This document shows, in pieces, positions 9,626-18,735 of a stretch of DNA of 64,000 nt. Every line of letters starts with the position of its first letter. Within the stretch, counting starts at the first letter, position 1. A program made the position numbers and the translations under genes. The stretch comes from an uncultured candidate division Zixibacteria bacterium (GTDB lineage: Bacteria > Zixibacteria > MSB-5A5 > GN15 > PGXB01). The stretch is from contig OY969724.1 of assembly GCA_963702205.1 (NCBI GenBank), positions 224,001-288,000 on the forward strand, given 5' to 3'. Below the pieces are notes generated by a model, which worked only from the letters and a program-made list of their open reading frames with translations, was not told the origin of the DNA and made no database searches.

Positions 9626-11854
9626 CTACTGACCGGTCGTCGCGGGAACACGGGATTCCTCAATGCGACCTGCATCCAGCAGGAGGGAGAGGAACGTTCG
9701 GCGGTCGTCCTGTTTCCGCTTTCTGGCGCAGTTCGAGATGCCCCAGCGGTCCCCGACGAGGACCGTCGTCTGTCTGGCCCGCGTGACGCCGGTGTAGAGA
9801 AGGTTCCGGTGGTGCATGAAGGAGTGGGCCTTGTGGACCACCACCACGGCGCACGGAAACTCGGAGCCCTGGGCCTTGTGGATCGTCAGGGCATAGGCGA
9901 GCTGGATGTCCTGCAGGTTGGGCGAGCCGGCCTCGATCTCCACCGGAAAGCCGTCGAAGTCCACGCTCAGGGAACCGTCGCGGCCGACGTGGAGAATCAC
10001 GCCCATCGCGCCGTTCATGACGCCGATCTCGTAGTTGTTCCGGGTCTGGATGACCTTGTCACGCGCGAGAAACTTGGGCCGTCGACCGGGTATCGTCGGG
10101 GGCGCTTCGACATTCCACAGTCTCCGCTGCACCAGACGTTGGAGCTCGCAGTTGAGATCGCGGGTACCCAGCGGGCCCTTGTGGGTCGGGGTCAGGAGCT
10201 GCACATCGGTCAGCAGGTCGAACCCAAGGCGCTCCACGAGCACATTCTCGAAGAGGTCCAGCACGAACCGCTGCGCATCCCATTGATCGGTGAACTGATC
10301 CACTACGTACCAGGCCCGTCGGCCGGAGGGTTCGGCGTCGCTCGTCTTGCGGACCTCGCCGTTCAAGACGGCGATGCTGTTCTCCTTCAGGATGCCGGCC
10401 TGCCGTACCACCTGGTCAAGGAGCACCGTGGGAACCATCTGCGACAGGACCAGGTCCCGCAACAGATTGCCCGGTCCGACGGGAGGCAGTTGGTTGTGGT
10501 CTCCAACCAGCACCACGGCGGTCCGCTCGAGATCGATGCTTTGAAAGAGGTGCCAGGCCAGGGGCACATCCACCATCGAGACCTCGTCGACGATGATCAC
10601 GTCGGCGTCGATGGGATCGTCCGGTCCCCGGGCGTAGTCTTTGCCGTTGAAACCCAGCAGCCGGTGGATCGTGCCCGCCGGATGGCCGACGACCTGTTCG
10701 AGACGCTTGGCGGCCTTGCCCGTGGGCGCGGCCAGGATGACGCGCAGTCCCTGTTCTTCGTAGACGCCGGTGATGGCGGATACGGTGAAGGTCTTGCCGC
10801 TGCCGGCTCCCCCGGAGATGAGCGATATCGAATGACGAAGCGCGGTGATGGCGGCCTGCCGCTGACCCGCGTTGAGCTGCGGCGCGGTTTCCGCGACCAT
10901 GTCGGACAACCGGTCTTGGTCGGGGAAGTGCGGATTGGGCGCTCCGCCGTTCCGAAAGACCTTTGCCAGAGCCTCCTCCATCGTGCGGATTTCGGGTTTG
11001 GCGACGAGGAACCTCCCGCCGTGGGAGATGCAGACCAATGCCTTCTCGTCGATGAGCCCGTCAAGCTCCTGCTCGATGCGATCCCGACTGTCGAGGACGT
11101 CCATAACCAGCAACACGTTGGCCTGATCGACCAGTTCCTCGAACTCGATCCAGCAATGGCCTTGGTCCAGCGATTCGTTCACGCAGTGGAGGACGCCGGC
11201 CCGGATGCGCGCGGGATCGTCTTTGGCGGTGCCGATCTTGCGGGCGATCTTGTCCACGCGTTTGAAGCCGAAGCCGCGGACCTCGCGCACGATGATGTAC
11301 GGATCGGCCTTGAGCAAACCCAGCACGTTGTTGCCGAACTTCTTCACCAGGCTTGTCACCTGGTGATGGGTGAGCCCGAAGGCTGCCAGCCAGGTGATCG
11401 CCTTGTTGGTCTCCCTCGTCTTGAGCCACTCCGCGCGGAGCTTTTGTACGGCATCCAGCGACAGCCTTGCCGCCTCGGCGATCTGTCCGGGTTCGTCGTT
11501 GATGATCCGGTCGAAATCGTGACCGAAGCGTTCGGCGATCAGACGGGCCTTGACCGGGCCGATGCCCTTCATCTCCGGGTGGTTGGCCAGGTAGTTGGCG
11601 AGACCGTCGGCGTCCAGGTCGAGGTCGTATTCCATGCACTCGACCTCGAACTGCCGGCCGTATTTCGGGTGGGTCACCCAGCGGCCGTTCAGCACGACCG
11701 GTTCGTTCTCACGGGCGAAGAGCTGTCCGGCGAATTGCACCTCGTCGCCGTCGGTCGTCACGAGGCGGCCGGCGGAAAACCGTGGCCCGGCGTAGAAGAC
11801 CGTCTCGACGCGGCCGCGGACGGTTACGGATTGGTTGTTTGATCTTGTTCGCAT
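9626..11854 (-). CDS. RecD2-like SF1B helicase
   Basis: HhH KGIGPVKA, GGAGSGKT, IIVDEVSM, VGDHNQLPPVG, YALTIHKAQGSEF, LYTGVTRA. Confidence 0.92.
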   Translation of the reverse strand: MRTRSNNQSVTVRGRVETVFYAGPRFSAGRLVTTDGDEVQFAGQLFARENEPVVLNGRWVTHPKYGRQFEVECMEYDLDLDADGLANYLANHPEMKGIGPVKARLIAERFGHDFDRIINDEPGQIAEAARLSLDAVQKLRAEWLKTRETNKAITWLAAFGLTHHQVTSLVKKFGNNVLGLLKADPYIIVREVRGFGFKRVDKIARKIGTAKDDPARIRAGVLHCVNESLDQGHCWIEFEELVDQANVLLVMDVLDSRDRIEQELDGLIDEKALVCISHGGRFLVAKPEIRTMEEALAKVFRNGGAPNPHFPDQDRLSDMVAETAPQLNAGQRQAAITALRHSISLISGGAGSGKTFTVSAITGVYEEQGLRVILAAPTGKAAKRLEQVVGHPAGTIHRLLGFNGKDYARGPDDPIDADVIIVDEVSMVDVPLAWHLFQSIDLERTAVVLVGDHNQLPPVGPGNLLRDLVLSQMVPTVLLDQVVRQAGILKENSIAVLNGEVRKTSDAEPSGRRAWYVVDQFTDQWDAQRFVLDLFENVLVERLGFDLLTDVQLLTPTHKGPLGTRDLNCELQRLVQRRLWNVEAPPTIPGRRPKFLARDKVIQTRNNYEIGVMNGAMGVILHVGRDGSLSVDFDGFPVEIEAGSPNLQDIQLAYALTIHKAQGSEFPCAVVVVHKAHSFMHHRNLLYTGVTRARQTTVLVGDRWGISNCARKRKQDDRRTFLSLLLDAGRIEESRVPATTGQ

Positions 11855-12288
11855 CGTCTCGATACCTTCCGGTGATACCTGTGTAGAAATCCCTCCACAA
11901 ACCGGCAGGCAGCCTGCCGGTCGGAGCAGAAAAACACCGGGATGCCGAAGTCGACGACGATGGAAAGCAGAGTTCCCAGGACGGCGTTGGGATGCGCTCC
12001 GGAGCGGTAGCGGCCGCCGAGGATGTCCCGGAGATCCGCTTCCACCACGACGCACGCAGCGTCGTACTCGGAGAGACGGCGCAGCTCCCTGGTGAACCGC
12101 TTACGGGAGCGGATGACGGTGGAGACGAAATCCTCGAGAGTCTTTCGCTCCACCGCCACGGCATCCTCATGCCCCTCGACGGAGTAATCCCCGGCGGGGA
12201 GGGCGCGGCGGACGACCTCCGTGCAGCCGGAGTCGAAGGTGTAGGGTTCCTGCTCCCGCGTGTCGACGACGACGGTGACCCGGTCCAC
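11824..12288 (-). CDS. ERCC4/XPF-family nuclease
   Basis: VVDTREQ...GDY...VERKTLED. Confidence 0.88.
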   Translation of the reverse strand: MDRVTVVVDTREQEPYTFDSGCTEVVRRALPAGDYSVEGHEDAVAVERKTLEDFVSTVIRSRKRFTRELRRLSEYDAACVVVEADLRDILGGRYRSGAHPNAVLGTLLSIVVDFGIPVFFCSDRQAACRFVEGFLHRYHRKVSRRCEQDQTTNP

Positions 12289-12289
12289 G

Positions 12290-12799
12290 TCAGAACGGGG
12301 CCAGGGCGCTCTGCGCCGCCGCGTCGTATTCGTCTCCGCCGTCTTCGAGCACGATGCGCCGATTGATGTAGACGTTCTCGTTCTCGCCGCGCGTGCGCTT
12401 GGTGACCTCGAGCTTGATGTTGATGAGTTTCTCCAGGTTGGCCGGAAGCTCGGAGAGCTTGTCCAGATTCAACCCGCAGGTGTGCAGGTCCGTCTTGAGC
12501 CACTTGATGTTCTCGCGGGTGGCCATGACGTTGTTGCGCCACAGCAGCCTTCCCCGGAACTTCGGGGCGAGGATGCGCAGCGTCCACTTGAGCATGGGGT
12601 TGCCCGAGGTCTGGGCCCGGGTCAGCTCCGCCCTCTCCACGTTCACCTGGTACTTGCCGTCCGGGATGGTCTCGAACTCACGCTCCTCGACTTCGGCATG
12701 CGCGAAGTCGTCGTCGAACTGTGCGAGGTCGATGTCCTCAGAGCCGCGGGGCTGGTCGAAATGTCCGTAGTCTTCGTTCTGCATGGTCTGTTCCTCCAT
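12290..12799 (-). CDS. DUF669-like phage ssDNA-binding protein
   Basis: FETIPDGKYQVNV...SGNPMLKWTLRI; acidic tail ending PF. Confidence 0.75.
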   Translation of the reverse strand: MEEQTMQNEDYGHFDQPRGSEDIDLAQFDDDFAHAEVEEREFETIPDGKYQVNVERAELTRAQTSGNPMLKWTLRILAPKFRGRLLWRNNVMATRENIKWLKTDLHTCGLNLDKLSELPANLEKLINIKLEVTKRTRGENENVYINRRIVLEDGGDEYDAAAQSALAPF

Positions 12800-12808
12800 C
12801 TATGGGGT

Positions 12809-13588
12809 TTATTTACCGGCGGGCGCGGGCTTCTTGTCCTGCCCATCCCCCGGTGCCGGCACCGACCGCGGGGCACTCGCCCTCGGCGCGGCCGCCGGCC
12901 TGTTGAACGCTTCAATGAAAGCCTGAAAATTGAGGTCGATGGTTTCGGGAAGCCGTCCCGTGCGGTCGCCCGCTTCGTAGTGGGGACTGGGCTTGGTGCG
13001 CATGACGCGGCGGTAGACCGGTTTGCCGCTCTCGTCGTTCGTCACTTCCAGGTCGCAGAAGAGGATCAGGTCGACCATCCCCAACACGATCTTGCGGGCT
13101 TTGTCGGGGAGCGTCGGGATGATGCGGATGTACTTGCCGGTCCGCGTCTCGATTTCCTTCTCCTGGGAGTGAGAGACCAGGAAGAGTCCGTAGGGCAGGA
13201 AGGCCAGTTTGGTCAGGACGCGCTGGAACTCGTTGTTGATCAGCGCCCAGCCCTTGCCGTAGCCGAGGTCGGACTCGTGCTCGATCTTGAATTTCGTGCA
13301 GATGTAATCGCTGCACATCCGATAGGCGTTGTCGACCGTGTCGAGAATGATGGTCTTGTAGGGATGCTTGCCCTCGGCGATCTCGCCGCAGGCGGCGAGC
13401 AACTCCTCCCAGCTCCTTATGGGGAGCTGAAAGACATCCAGTGAATTCAGCCCGGGTTCGGTGGCGAGAAACAGCGCGCCTTCGGACCGGGAACACCAGG
13501 TTGATTTGCCGATCTTGCTCGGGCCGTATACCAGCACCGTGAGATCGGCGTGATCTTGCTTGGGGGGACTTTTCTTCGTAGGCAACAT
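12809..13588 (-). CDS. Sak4-like AAA ATPase (phage recombinase)
   Basis: LVYGPSKIGKST, TIILDT; lies between nuclease and SSB-like genes. Confidence 0.8.
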   Translation of the reverse strand: MLPTKKSPPKQDHADLTVLVYGPSKIGKSTWCSRSEGALFLATEPGLNSLDVFQLPIRSWEELLAACGEIAEGKHPYKTIILDTVDNAYRMCSDYICTKFKIEHESDLGYGKGWALINNEFQRVLTKLAFLPYGLFLVSHSQEKEIETRTGKYIRIIPTLPDKARKIVLGMVDLILFCDLEVTNDESGKPVYRRVMRTKPSPHYEAGDRTGRLPETIDLNFQAFIEAFNRPAAAPRASAPRSVPAPGDGQDKKPAPAGK

Positions 13589-13614
13589 GTCGTTTCTCCT
13601 TTTCTATGGGGTCC

Positions 13615-14634
13615 TCAAAAAGCCGAAGCCTCTTCGAACGAGGCCTCGTCCCGCAGCTCTTCGTGCGGGGGGACTTTTCGGTAAAAGTTCTCGATGATGT
13701 TGGTGCTGCCGTCGGCGCGGCAGAGCGGGAAATAGGCGCAGGACCGGCGGTAGTGGAAACAGAAGGCGGTGTTCTGGTAGAAGACGCCACGCCGCCGCGC
13801 GTCGAGAAAGGCCTGCGTCAGTTCCCAGAGTTCGGACTGCAGGGTCTCGAACCGGTCACGGGAGAGGTAAAGCATCTCCCGGTGGAACATGCCCGGCTCG
13901 GCATACTTGGCGGCCAGACGCTCCTGGAACTCGTCGTCGCTTTCCGGAAGCCTGCGTTTGGCGCTGCTCTTGCCGGTCTTGGATTTGGCGATCAGATCGG
14001 CCCGCCGCGCCTCGAACTCGGCCTCGGTTTCACCGCGTCCCTGTTGCAGACGGGCCTTGACCAGGATGTTGTAGAGGACGCCCGCGATGCGGATGCCGAG
14101 CGTCTGTTCCGCGTAACGGGAGTAGAGGACGATCTGGAAGTCGGTCCAGAGCCGCTCCAGGTAGTCCGCATCCACCTGCGAGGCGGTCTTGTGCTCGAGC
14201 AGGAAATGCTCGTCGCCGATCCTGACGACGCCGTCCACCTTTCCGGCAAGCACGAAGCTCCTGGACATTGCGCCGGTGGCCGGGTTGACGATGCTCCCCT
14301 CGAAGGTCTTTTCGAGGGCGACGACATCGAACTCCTCGCTCGCATAGCAGGCCGCGTAGCCCTTCATCATCGCTGCGGCCAGGTGCCAATCTCGCTTCTG
14401 GTCTTCCTCACGTGCGCGGTCGACGTAGGTCCGGTCGATGAAATCGAGGACGGGCCCCAGGTCCCTGCCACCGTGCCAGATCTCCAGGCACTTATGGATC
14501 ACCGTGCCGAAGGCCAGGTTGTGGTCCCGTTGCAGGGGAACCAGTTCCTGGATGTAGCGCCACTCGCATGCCTTACGGCAGTTGCGGAACAGGCTCCACA
14601 TCGAATAGGTGGTGGTCGTTTTCGCTTCCATCAT
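13615..14634 (-). CDS. PD-(D/E)XK (Cas4/AddB-like) exonuclease
   Basis: C...FGTVIH...E...GKVDG...EHKT...Q..Y...C.....C.Y...C. Confidence 0.82.
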   Translation of the reverse strand: MMEAKTTTTYSMWSLFRNCRKACEWRYIQELVPLQRDHNLAFGTVIHKCLEIWHGGRDLGPVLDFIDRTYVDRAREEDQKRDWHLAAAMMKGYAACYASEEFDVVALEKTFEGSIVNPATGAMSRSFVLAGKVDGVVRIGDEHFLLEHKTASQVDADYLERLWTDFQIVLYSRYAEQTLGIRIAGVLYNILVKARLQQGRGETEAEFEARRADLIAKSKTGKSSAKRRLPESDDEFQERLAAKYAEPGMFHREMLYLSRDRFETLQSELWELTQAFLDARRRGVFYQNTAFCFHYRRSCAYFPLCRADGSTNIIENFYRKVPPHEELRDEASFEEASAF

Positions 14635-14945
14635 GCGGCCCCCGTGGCTTTGAGCTCGGGGCTGACCACCGGGGCGTCACCCACGCGTTCGACTTTGAAG
14701 GCTTCTTCGCCGAACTCTCGGGTGAGGAAGCCGGTGAAGATGCGGGCGATGGCGCGTCCGACCTCAGTCGCCGCGTCCACAACGCAGGAGCGCTTGTGCG
14801 AATCCAGGCAGAAGGATGCGTCCAGCCGAACCAGCGACCGGCCGTGAAGGCTCTCGGCGGCGAGCACCGCCAGAAGCAGGGACTCCTCGACGTCCCGGAT
14901 CGGGACCTTGGAGTTGAAGTTGTATCGGTAAAGTTCTCGGTTCAT
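14631..14945 (-). CDS. Hypothetical phage protein (MNRELYRYNF...)
   Basis: GGAGG SD; overlaps the start of the next gene. Confidence 0.7.
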   Translation of the reverse strand: MNRELYRYNFNSKVPIRDVEESLLLAVLAAESLHGRSLVRLDASFCLDSHKRSCVVDAATEVGRAIARIFTGFLTREFGEEAFKVERVGDAPVVSPELKATGAA

Positions 14946-15048
14946 GATCTTGCCTCCATTCCGTTCAGTAAGGTCTGTTGGAGGGCGCGCCCGGGCCGGA
15001 TGCTTTCGGCGACCTCTCGGACGCCTTCCGTGCATCCGACCCGGTCAA

Positions 15049-15078
15049 TACCTACCGGAGCCTGACCCGGACCGTCGG
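15049..15078 (-). promoter_or_regulatory. Bipartite motif copy 4 (CCGACG-N13-TCCGGTAGGTA)
   Basis: Just after the sigma gene stop, ahead of the replication operon. Confidence 0.7.
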
Positions 15079-15082
15079 ACGC

Positions 15083-15667
15083 TCAGAGGTAGTCCCTCAA
15101 CCCGGCGTCTTCGAAGATCGTGCGCAGCTTCTTGATGGACTCGTAGATCGTTCCCCGCGGAATCCCGGTATCGCGGGAGATCTCCGTGACAGTGTCGGTG
15201 TCGAGACGCCGGCACAGTTCGCGCAGCTCGGGCGGGAGCTTTTCGATTGCCTGGCGGACATCTACGGAGAGATCGCGCAACTCGGCCGCAGGGCGTGAAA
15301 GTCTGCCCGTGCGGCGCATGTAATCCTCCTGGTCGATGGTCTCCATGCGCTCGACGGAGCCGCCTTGTTCGTCTTCAAAGCGGTCGTTGAGCGAACAATT
15401 GCAGAGACGGTAATCCCGCAGGCCGGCCTTCCGCGCCTCGATGATGGTGGCGATCTTGTGTTCCACCACGCGGGCGATGAAGGTGTTGCGCTGGGCACGG
15501 TCGGGGTTGTACTTGGGCAGGCGTTGGAGCAGGTCCATCAGCATCTCCTGCTCCAGGTCCTCGCGGTCGGACTCGGTGAAGCCCACCCGTCCGACCAGTT
15601 GTCTCGCCTTGTACTTGATGATCTGAACGGCATACTCGTCGATTCCTTCGTAGCGTTTGAAACCCAT
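15083..15667 (-). CDS. Phage-encoded sigma-70/ECF-type sigma factor
   Basis: Region 2 DREDLEQE...KYNPDR...TFIARVV; region 4 AIEKLPPELRE...EISRDTGIPRGTI. Confidence 0.82.
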   Translation of the reverse strand: MGFKRYEGIDEYAVQIIKYKARQLVGRVGFTESDREDLEQEMLMDLLQRLPKYNPDRAQRNTFIARVVEHKIATIIEARKAGLRDYRLCNCSLNDRFEDEQGGSVERMETIDQEDYMRRTGRLSRPAAELRDLSVDVRQAIEKLPPELRELCRRLDTDTVTEISRDTGIPRGTIYESIKKLRTIFEDAGLRDYL

Positions 15668-15800
15668 CTGAGCCTCCTCGGGGCCGAGGAGGAGCTCGTG
15701 TGGGTGTCGACCTACGCCGGGACGACCGCTCTAAATGAAGCGAGCGGAGGTGTTGCGAGTACGCCGGTATCGGCGACACCCACAACGACCTCCGCTCTGC
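15668..15800 (-). ncRNA. Structured 5' leader of the sigma gene (SD-sequestering hairpin plus alternative pairing)
   Basis: Inverted repeats 15673-15680/15685-15692 cover the SD; 15744-15751/15788-15795 form a stem; 15699-15709 is complementary to 15774-15784. Confidence 0.55.
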
Positions 15801-15849
15801 GGCCAGTCTGTTGTCTGGTGATGGACCGTGCTCTATGGCCGGGTCTGAA

Positions 15850-16182
15850 TCAGACCCGGACCGCGTCCGCCACGGTCATGCGGACGGGCAATCCGTTGTC
15901 GATCATGAGTTCCTGGATCGAGAGCGAACGCTCCCGGTCGAAGACCTCGAACAGCTCCGCCACCTTCTTTTTCAGGGCGAAGCCATCGTTGCCGCGGGAT
16001 TCGTTCGGCCCATTGTCCTTGCCGAACAGGAAAAGCCGCAGCACGGTGGGCGGGGGATCGAAGACGGGCTCGCCGTCCCGGACATGAAGTCCCTCGATCC
16101 GTCCGTAGTTGACCTCCTGCATCAGCTCGACCAGGCGTTTCCTGGCAGGAGTCAGGGCCGCCTTTGTCACGACATCCGTCAT
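15850..16182 (-). CDS. Hypothetical phage protein (110 aa)
   Basis: AGGAGG SD; N-terminal YGRIEGLHVRDGE weakly resembles DUF2292/YezD. Confidence 0.7.
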   Translation of the reverse strand: MTDVVTKAALTPARKRLVELMQEVNYGRIEGLHVRDGEPVFDPPPTVLRLFLFGKDNGPNESRGNDGFALKKKVAELFEVFDRERSLSIQELMIDNGLPVRMTVADAVRV

Positions 16183-16218
16183 ACCGGACCTCCTTTCGCG
16201 CCCTCCGGCGCATCAACG

Positions 16219-16327
16219 AAAAACCCCCTGGGAGGCGGGTCCGGCGAATGGACCTCCCAGGGGGCGTTCACCCGGATCATCCGGGCGTTTCTTCCAGGGG
16301 TGAGGGTCTCGCCGGACCGTCACCCCT
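16219..16327 (-). ncRNA. Leader with two loop-complementary hairpins and an intrinsic terminator
   Basis: 12-bp stem 16224-16264 followed by a U-tract on the minus strand; 8-bp stem 16296-16327; the loops are complementary over 10 nt. Confidence 0.6.
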
Positions 16328-16490
16328 CTTTGGCGAAATTTCGATGAGAGGGGCGGGACGGCCTGGCGCGTCGATGGTGAAGGACAGGAAAATGCAGAGA
16401 TTTCAGGCAGATGCCTGAGTTACGGAGGGGAAACTTTTTTTAACTTTTTTTCCGGAGGTCCAGCGAAATTTCGCTGGGCCGGAAGATTGG

Positions 16491-17552
16491 CTATTCGTCG
16501 GGGGAGAGGAGGAAGAGCGCCTGCCAACCTTTTCCGTCGTCCGTCAGGCGGAAGGGATCGCCTTCGATGCGGAAGAAGTCGCGCAGGTTGGCGGCGAGAA
16601 GCTCGCGGCGTTTCTGGTTGCGTCTGTGGGCCTTGTTGCTGCTCCAGTCCAGAATGCCTCGCTCCTCGGCGAAGGTCTTGAGCAGTTCCCATTGAACGGT
16701 GGGGTTCCCATTCTTCTTATTGGCCATGCCCATCTGTGTGTAGTTGAACACGCCTCCAGCCGATTTCGCTTTGATGGAGACGGTATGCCCGTCCTTGAAG
16801 CGGATCGATACATCGCCCCACGACGCATCTGGAGGTGTGGGGAAAAAGGCTGTGGCACCATCCGCCTTCGGAGATGGCAGATTGGTCCCGCGGAATTGCG
16901 CCAGGATTTCATCGATGGGACGAAGGGGCCGAACTTGTCGCTTGTCACCGATGGCAACGTTCTCCGACAGGGACACAAAGCCCGACCGCTTGTCGGTCAG
17001 TCGCTTCTCCGCCTTCGCGGAGCAGAGTTCCCGCGTGGGAGACAAGAGAATGAACGGCGTGCCATTTCTCCCCAGGAGACCATCCAGCGCCTCGTTGAAA
17101 TCATCGGGCTCGATTTGGATCGCCAGGTAAACCGGGAAACGGTATCCGGCGTATGGAGAGTAAACGCCGATGCGCGTCGTTCCGGGAAGGTTGGTTCCCG
17201 CGTCAGTTTCTTCGATCAGGCCGAAGACTTTGGCGAGCGCCGTGTCGAGGGCCGGACGATCCAGCTCATAGACCACGATGTCGGATCGCTGTAGGGCAAA
17301 GGTCTCGCATCCACGCTCGCACCTGCAGACAGCGACGATGTCCTCCGGATCGTGCACGACCACTTCGTGTTCACAGCCGCAGCCGCGTTGAACCATACAG
17401 GGATGTGAAGATGCCAGCTTGCCGTTCGGACGGAGGAAGGCCTTCGCCGTCCCATAATCGTTCCCGAACCGGGCCTTCCACTCGGCATCCACGCCCGCCG
17501 AGCCTGGAACGGCTTCAAGCGCCTGCCAGAATCCGGTCGGGCTATTCGTCAT
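16491..17552 (-). CDS. Hypothetical protein with Cys-rich N-terminus and possible C-terminal DNA-binding domain
   Basis: CMVQRGCGC...CRCERGC; start overlaps the upstream stop. Confidence 0.7.
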   Translation of the reverse strand: MTNSPTGFWQALEAVPGSAGVDAEWKARFGNDYGTAKAFLRPNGKLASSHPCMVQRGCGCEHEVVVHDPEDIVAVCRCERGCETFALQRSDIVVYELDRPALDTALAKVFGLIEETDAGTNLPGTTRIGVYSPYAGYRFPVYLAIQIEPDDFNEALDGLLGRNGTPFILLSPTRELCSAKAEKRLTDKRSGFVSLSENVAIGDKRQVRPLRPIDEILAQFRGTNLPSPKADGATAFFPTPPDASWGDVSIRFKDGHTVSIKAKSAGGVFNYTQMGMANKKNGNPTVQWELLKTFAEERGILDWSSNKAHRRNQKRRELLAANLRDFFRIEGDPFRLTDDGKGWQALFLLSPDE

Positions 17553-18708
17553 CGTCTTCCTGCTCGGCCAGGATGAATCCGCGCTTCGTGAGCCAGTCCT
17601 CGACCACGGCGGCATCGCTGTCCCTGGTATACTGCGCGATGTTCGAGGGTCGGATGGTCACGGTCCGGGCCGTCTTGGAGTCGGTGAATTTCACTTGAAA
17701 GCTCGCCCGGATGATCCGCGCTTTCTGGGGCATGGCGCGGCTGCGTCCGGCGTAGGCGGCGAACACGTCGTTAGCCTTGCGTATCTCGATCTCCTTTTCG
17801 GAGCCGCCCCAGAAGAATTGAATCTCCTTTAGGCGTACCCATTCCATCCCATCCACGTCGGTGCAGACGATGGATGTGTCTCCGCCGTTTCGAAGCGGCT
17901 CGAGCGTGTACTTGCCGGTCTCAGGAAAGAAATCCTCATTGTTGAACACATGGCGGCCGAACTGTCTGCGGAAGAGGTCCTTTTCCCCTTTTCCGCACGC
18001 GTGCATCCGAATCTCGCCGATGGTTGGTTCATACACCAGGACGTCATACTTTTCTGGACGATAGAAGACGCTCGATGTTTGACCACCGTCGAGGCTGCCC
18101 TCGCGCCTCAATGGATCGCCGTGGCGCACCAGAAACCACACGGAATCCTTCTTGGGATAAACGAAGACTTTCGATCCCCGTCCGCGCTTCTTCTTCTCGA
18201 ACCAGTCGTCGAGGTCCTTTTCGAGGGCGGACAGCGTCTTAGCGGTCGGCGGTTTGAACTTGGGGATCGGATGCGTATCGGTCTGGAAGTATTCGAAGGA
18301 CCGGGGCTTCATGAGATACTGCTCGGCGTGCTTGCGCTCGAGAAGGTCCTTGTCCTGCAGGTAGACCTGAACGGCCACGTCGGCTGCGGTGGGGTCGGGG
18401 TTCCCGTCGAGGGAGATGCCGTTGTTCTCCGCTTCCTGGAGGAGGACGTCCATGGCTTCGGGCGTGGCCATCTCATGCACGAAGTAGAGTGCGTCGAGCA
18501 GTCCCTTCGGCGTGTCCGTATCCGGGTTCATGAGAACATTGACGAGTTGGTCGTAATCGATGCCGTCGGAGGCGGACGGCGGTGGCAACGTCAATCCTCG
18601 GCCGTCGAAGTAGGGCTTGTGAGGGTTCAGCAGAGCCAATAAATGCTCACGCGCGATGGCCTTGAGACCGTCGGCATGGGCAAAACGCCTGAGATTGTAC
18701 GTCGCCAT
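17542..18708 (-). CDS. Hypothetical protein (388 aa) downstream of the repressor
   Basis: Long ORF, AAGGAAGG SD, 27 bp after the lexA-like gene. Confidence 0.75.
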   Translation of the reverse strand: MATYNLRRFAHADGLKAIAREHLLALLNPHKPYFDGRGLTLPPPSASDGIDYDQLVNVLMNPDTDTPKGLLDALYFVHEMATPEAMDVLLQEAENNGISLDGNPDPTAADVAVQVYLQDKDLLERKHAEQYLMKPRSFEYFQTDTHPIPKFKPPTAKTLSALEKDLDDWFEKKKRGRGSKVFVYPKKDSVWFLVRHGDPLRREGSLDGGQTSSVFYRPEKYDVLVYEPTIGEIRMHACGKGEKDLFRRQFGRHVFNNEDFFPETGKYTLEPLRNGGDTSIVCTDVDGMEWVRLKEIQFFWGGSEKEIEIRKANDVFAAYAGRSRAMPQKARIIRASFQVKFTDSKTARTVTIRPSNIAQYTRDSDAAVVEDWLTKRGFILAEQEDDDE

Positions 18709-18735
18709 TCGTTCTTTCCTCCTTAGTTCTTATAG

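Noticed and set aside
9590..11842. 750-aa plus-strand ORF and similar long antisense ORFs (5-1150, 12260-13444, 13606-14847, 46513-47973)
   Set aside because: Shadow frames opposite well-supported genes in GC-rich DNA; no motifs
11861..11895. GATACCTTCCGGT resembling the five-copy motif
   Set aside because: Mismatches in the core, no CGACG box at 13-nt spacing, and it lies inside a coding region
13615..14634. Cas4-like nuclease as a sign of CRISPR-Cas
   Set aside because: No cas1/cas2 or array; it sits in a phage recombination module
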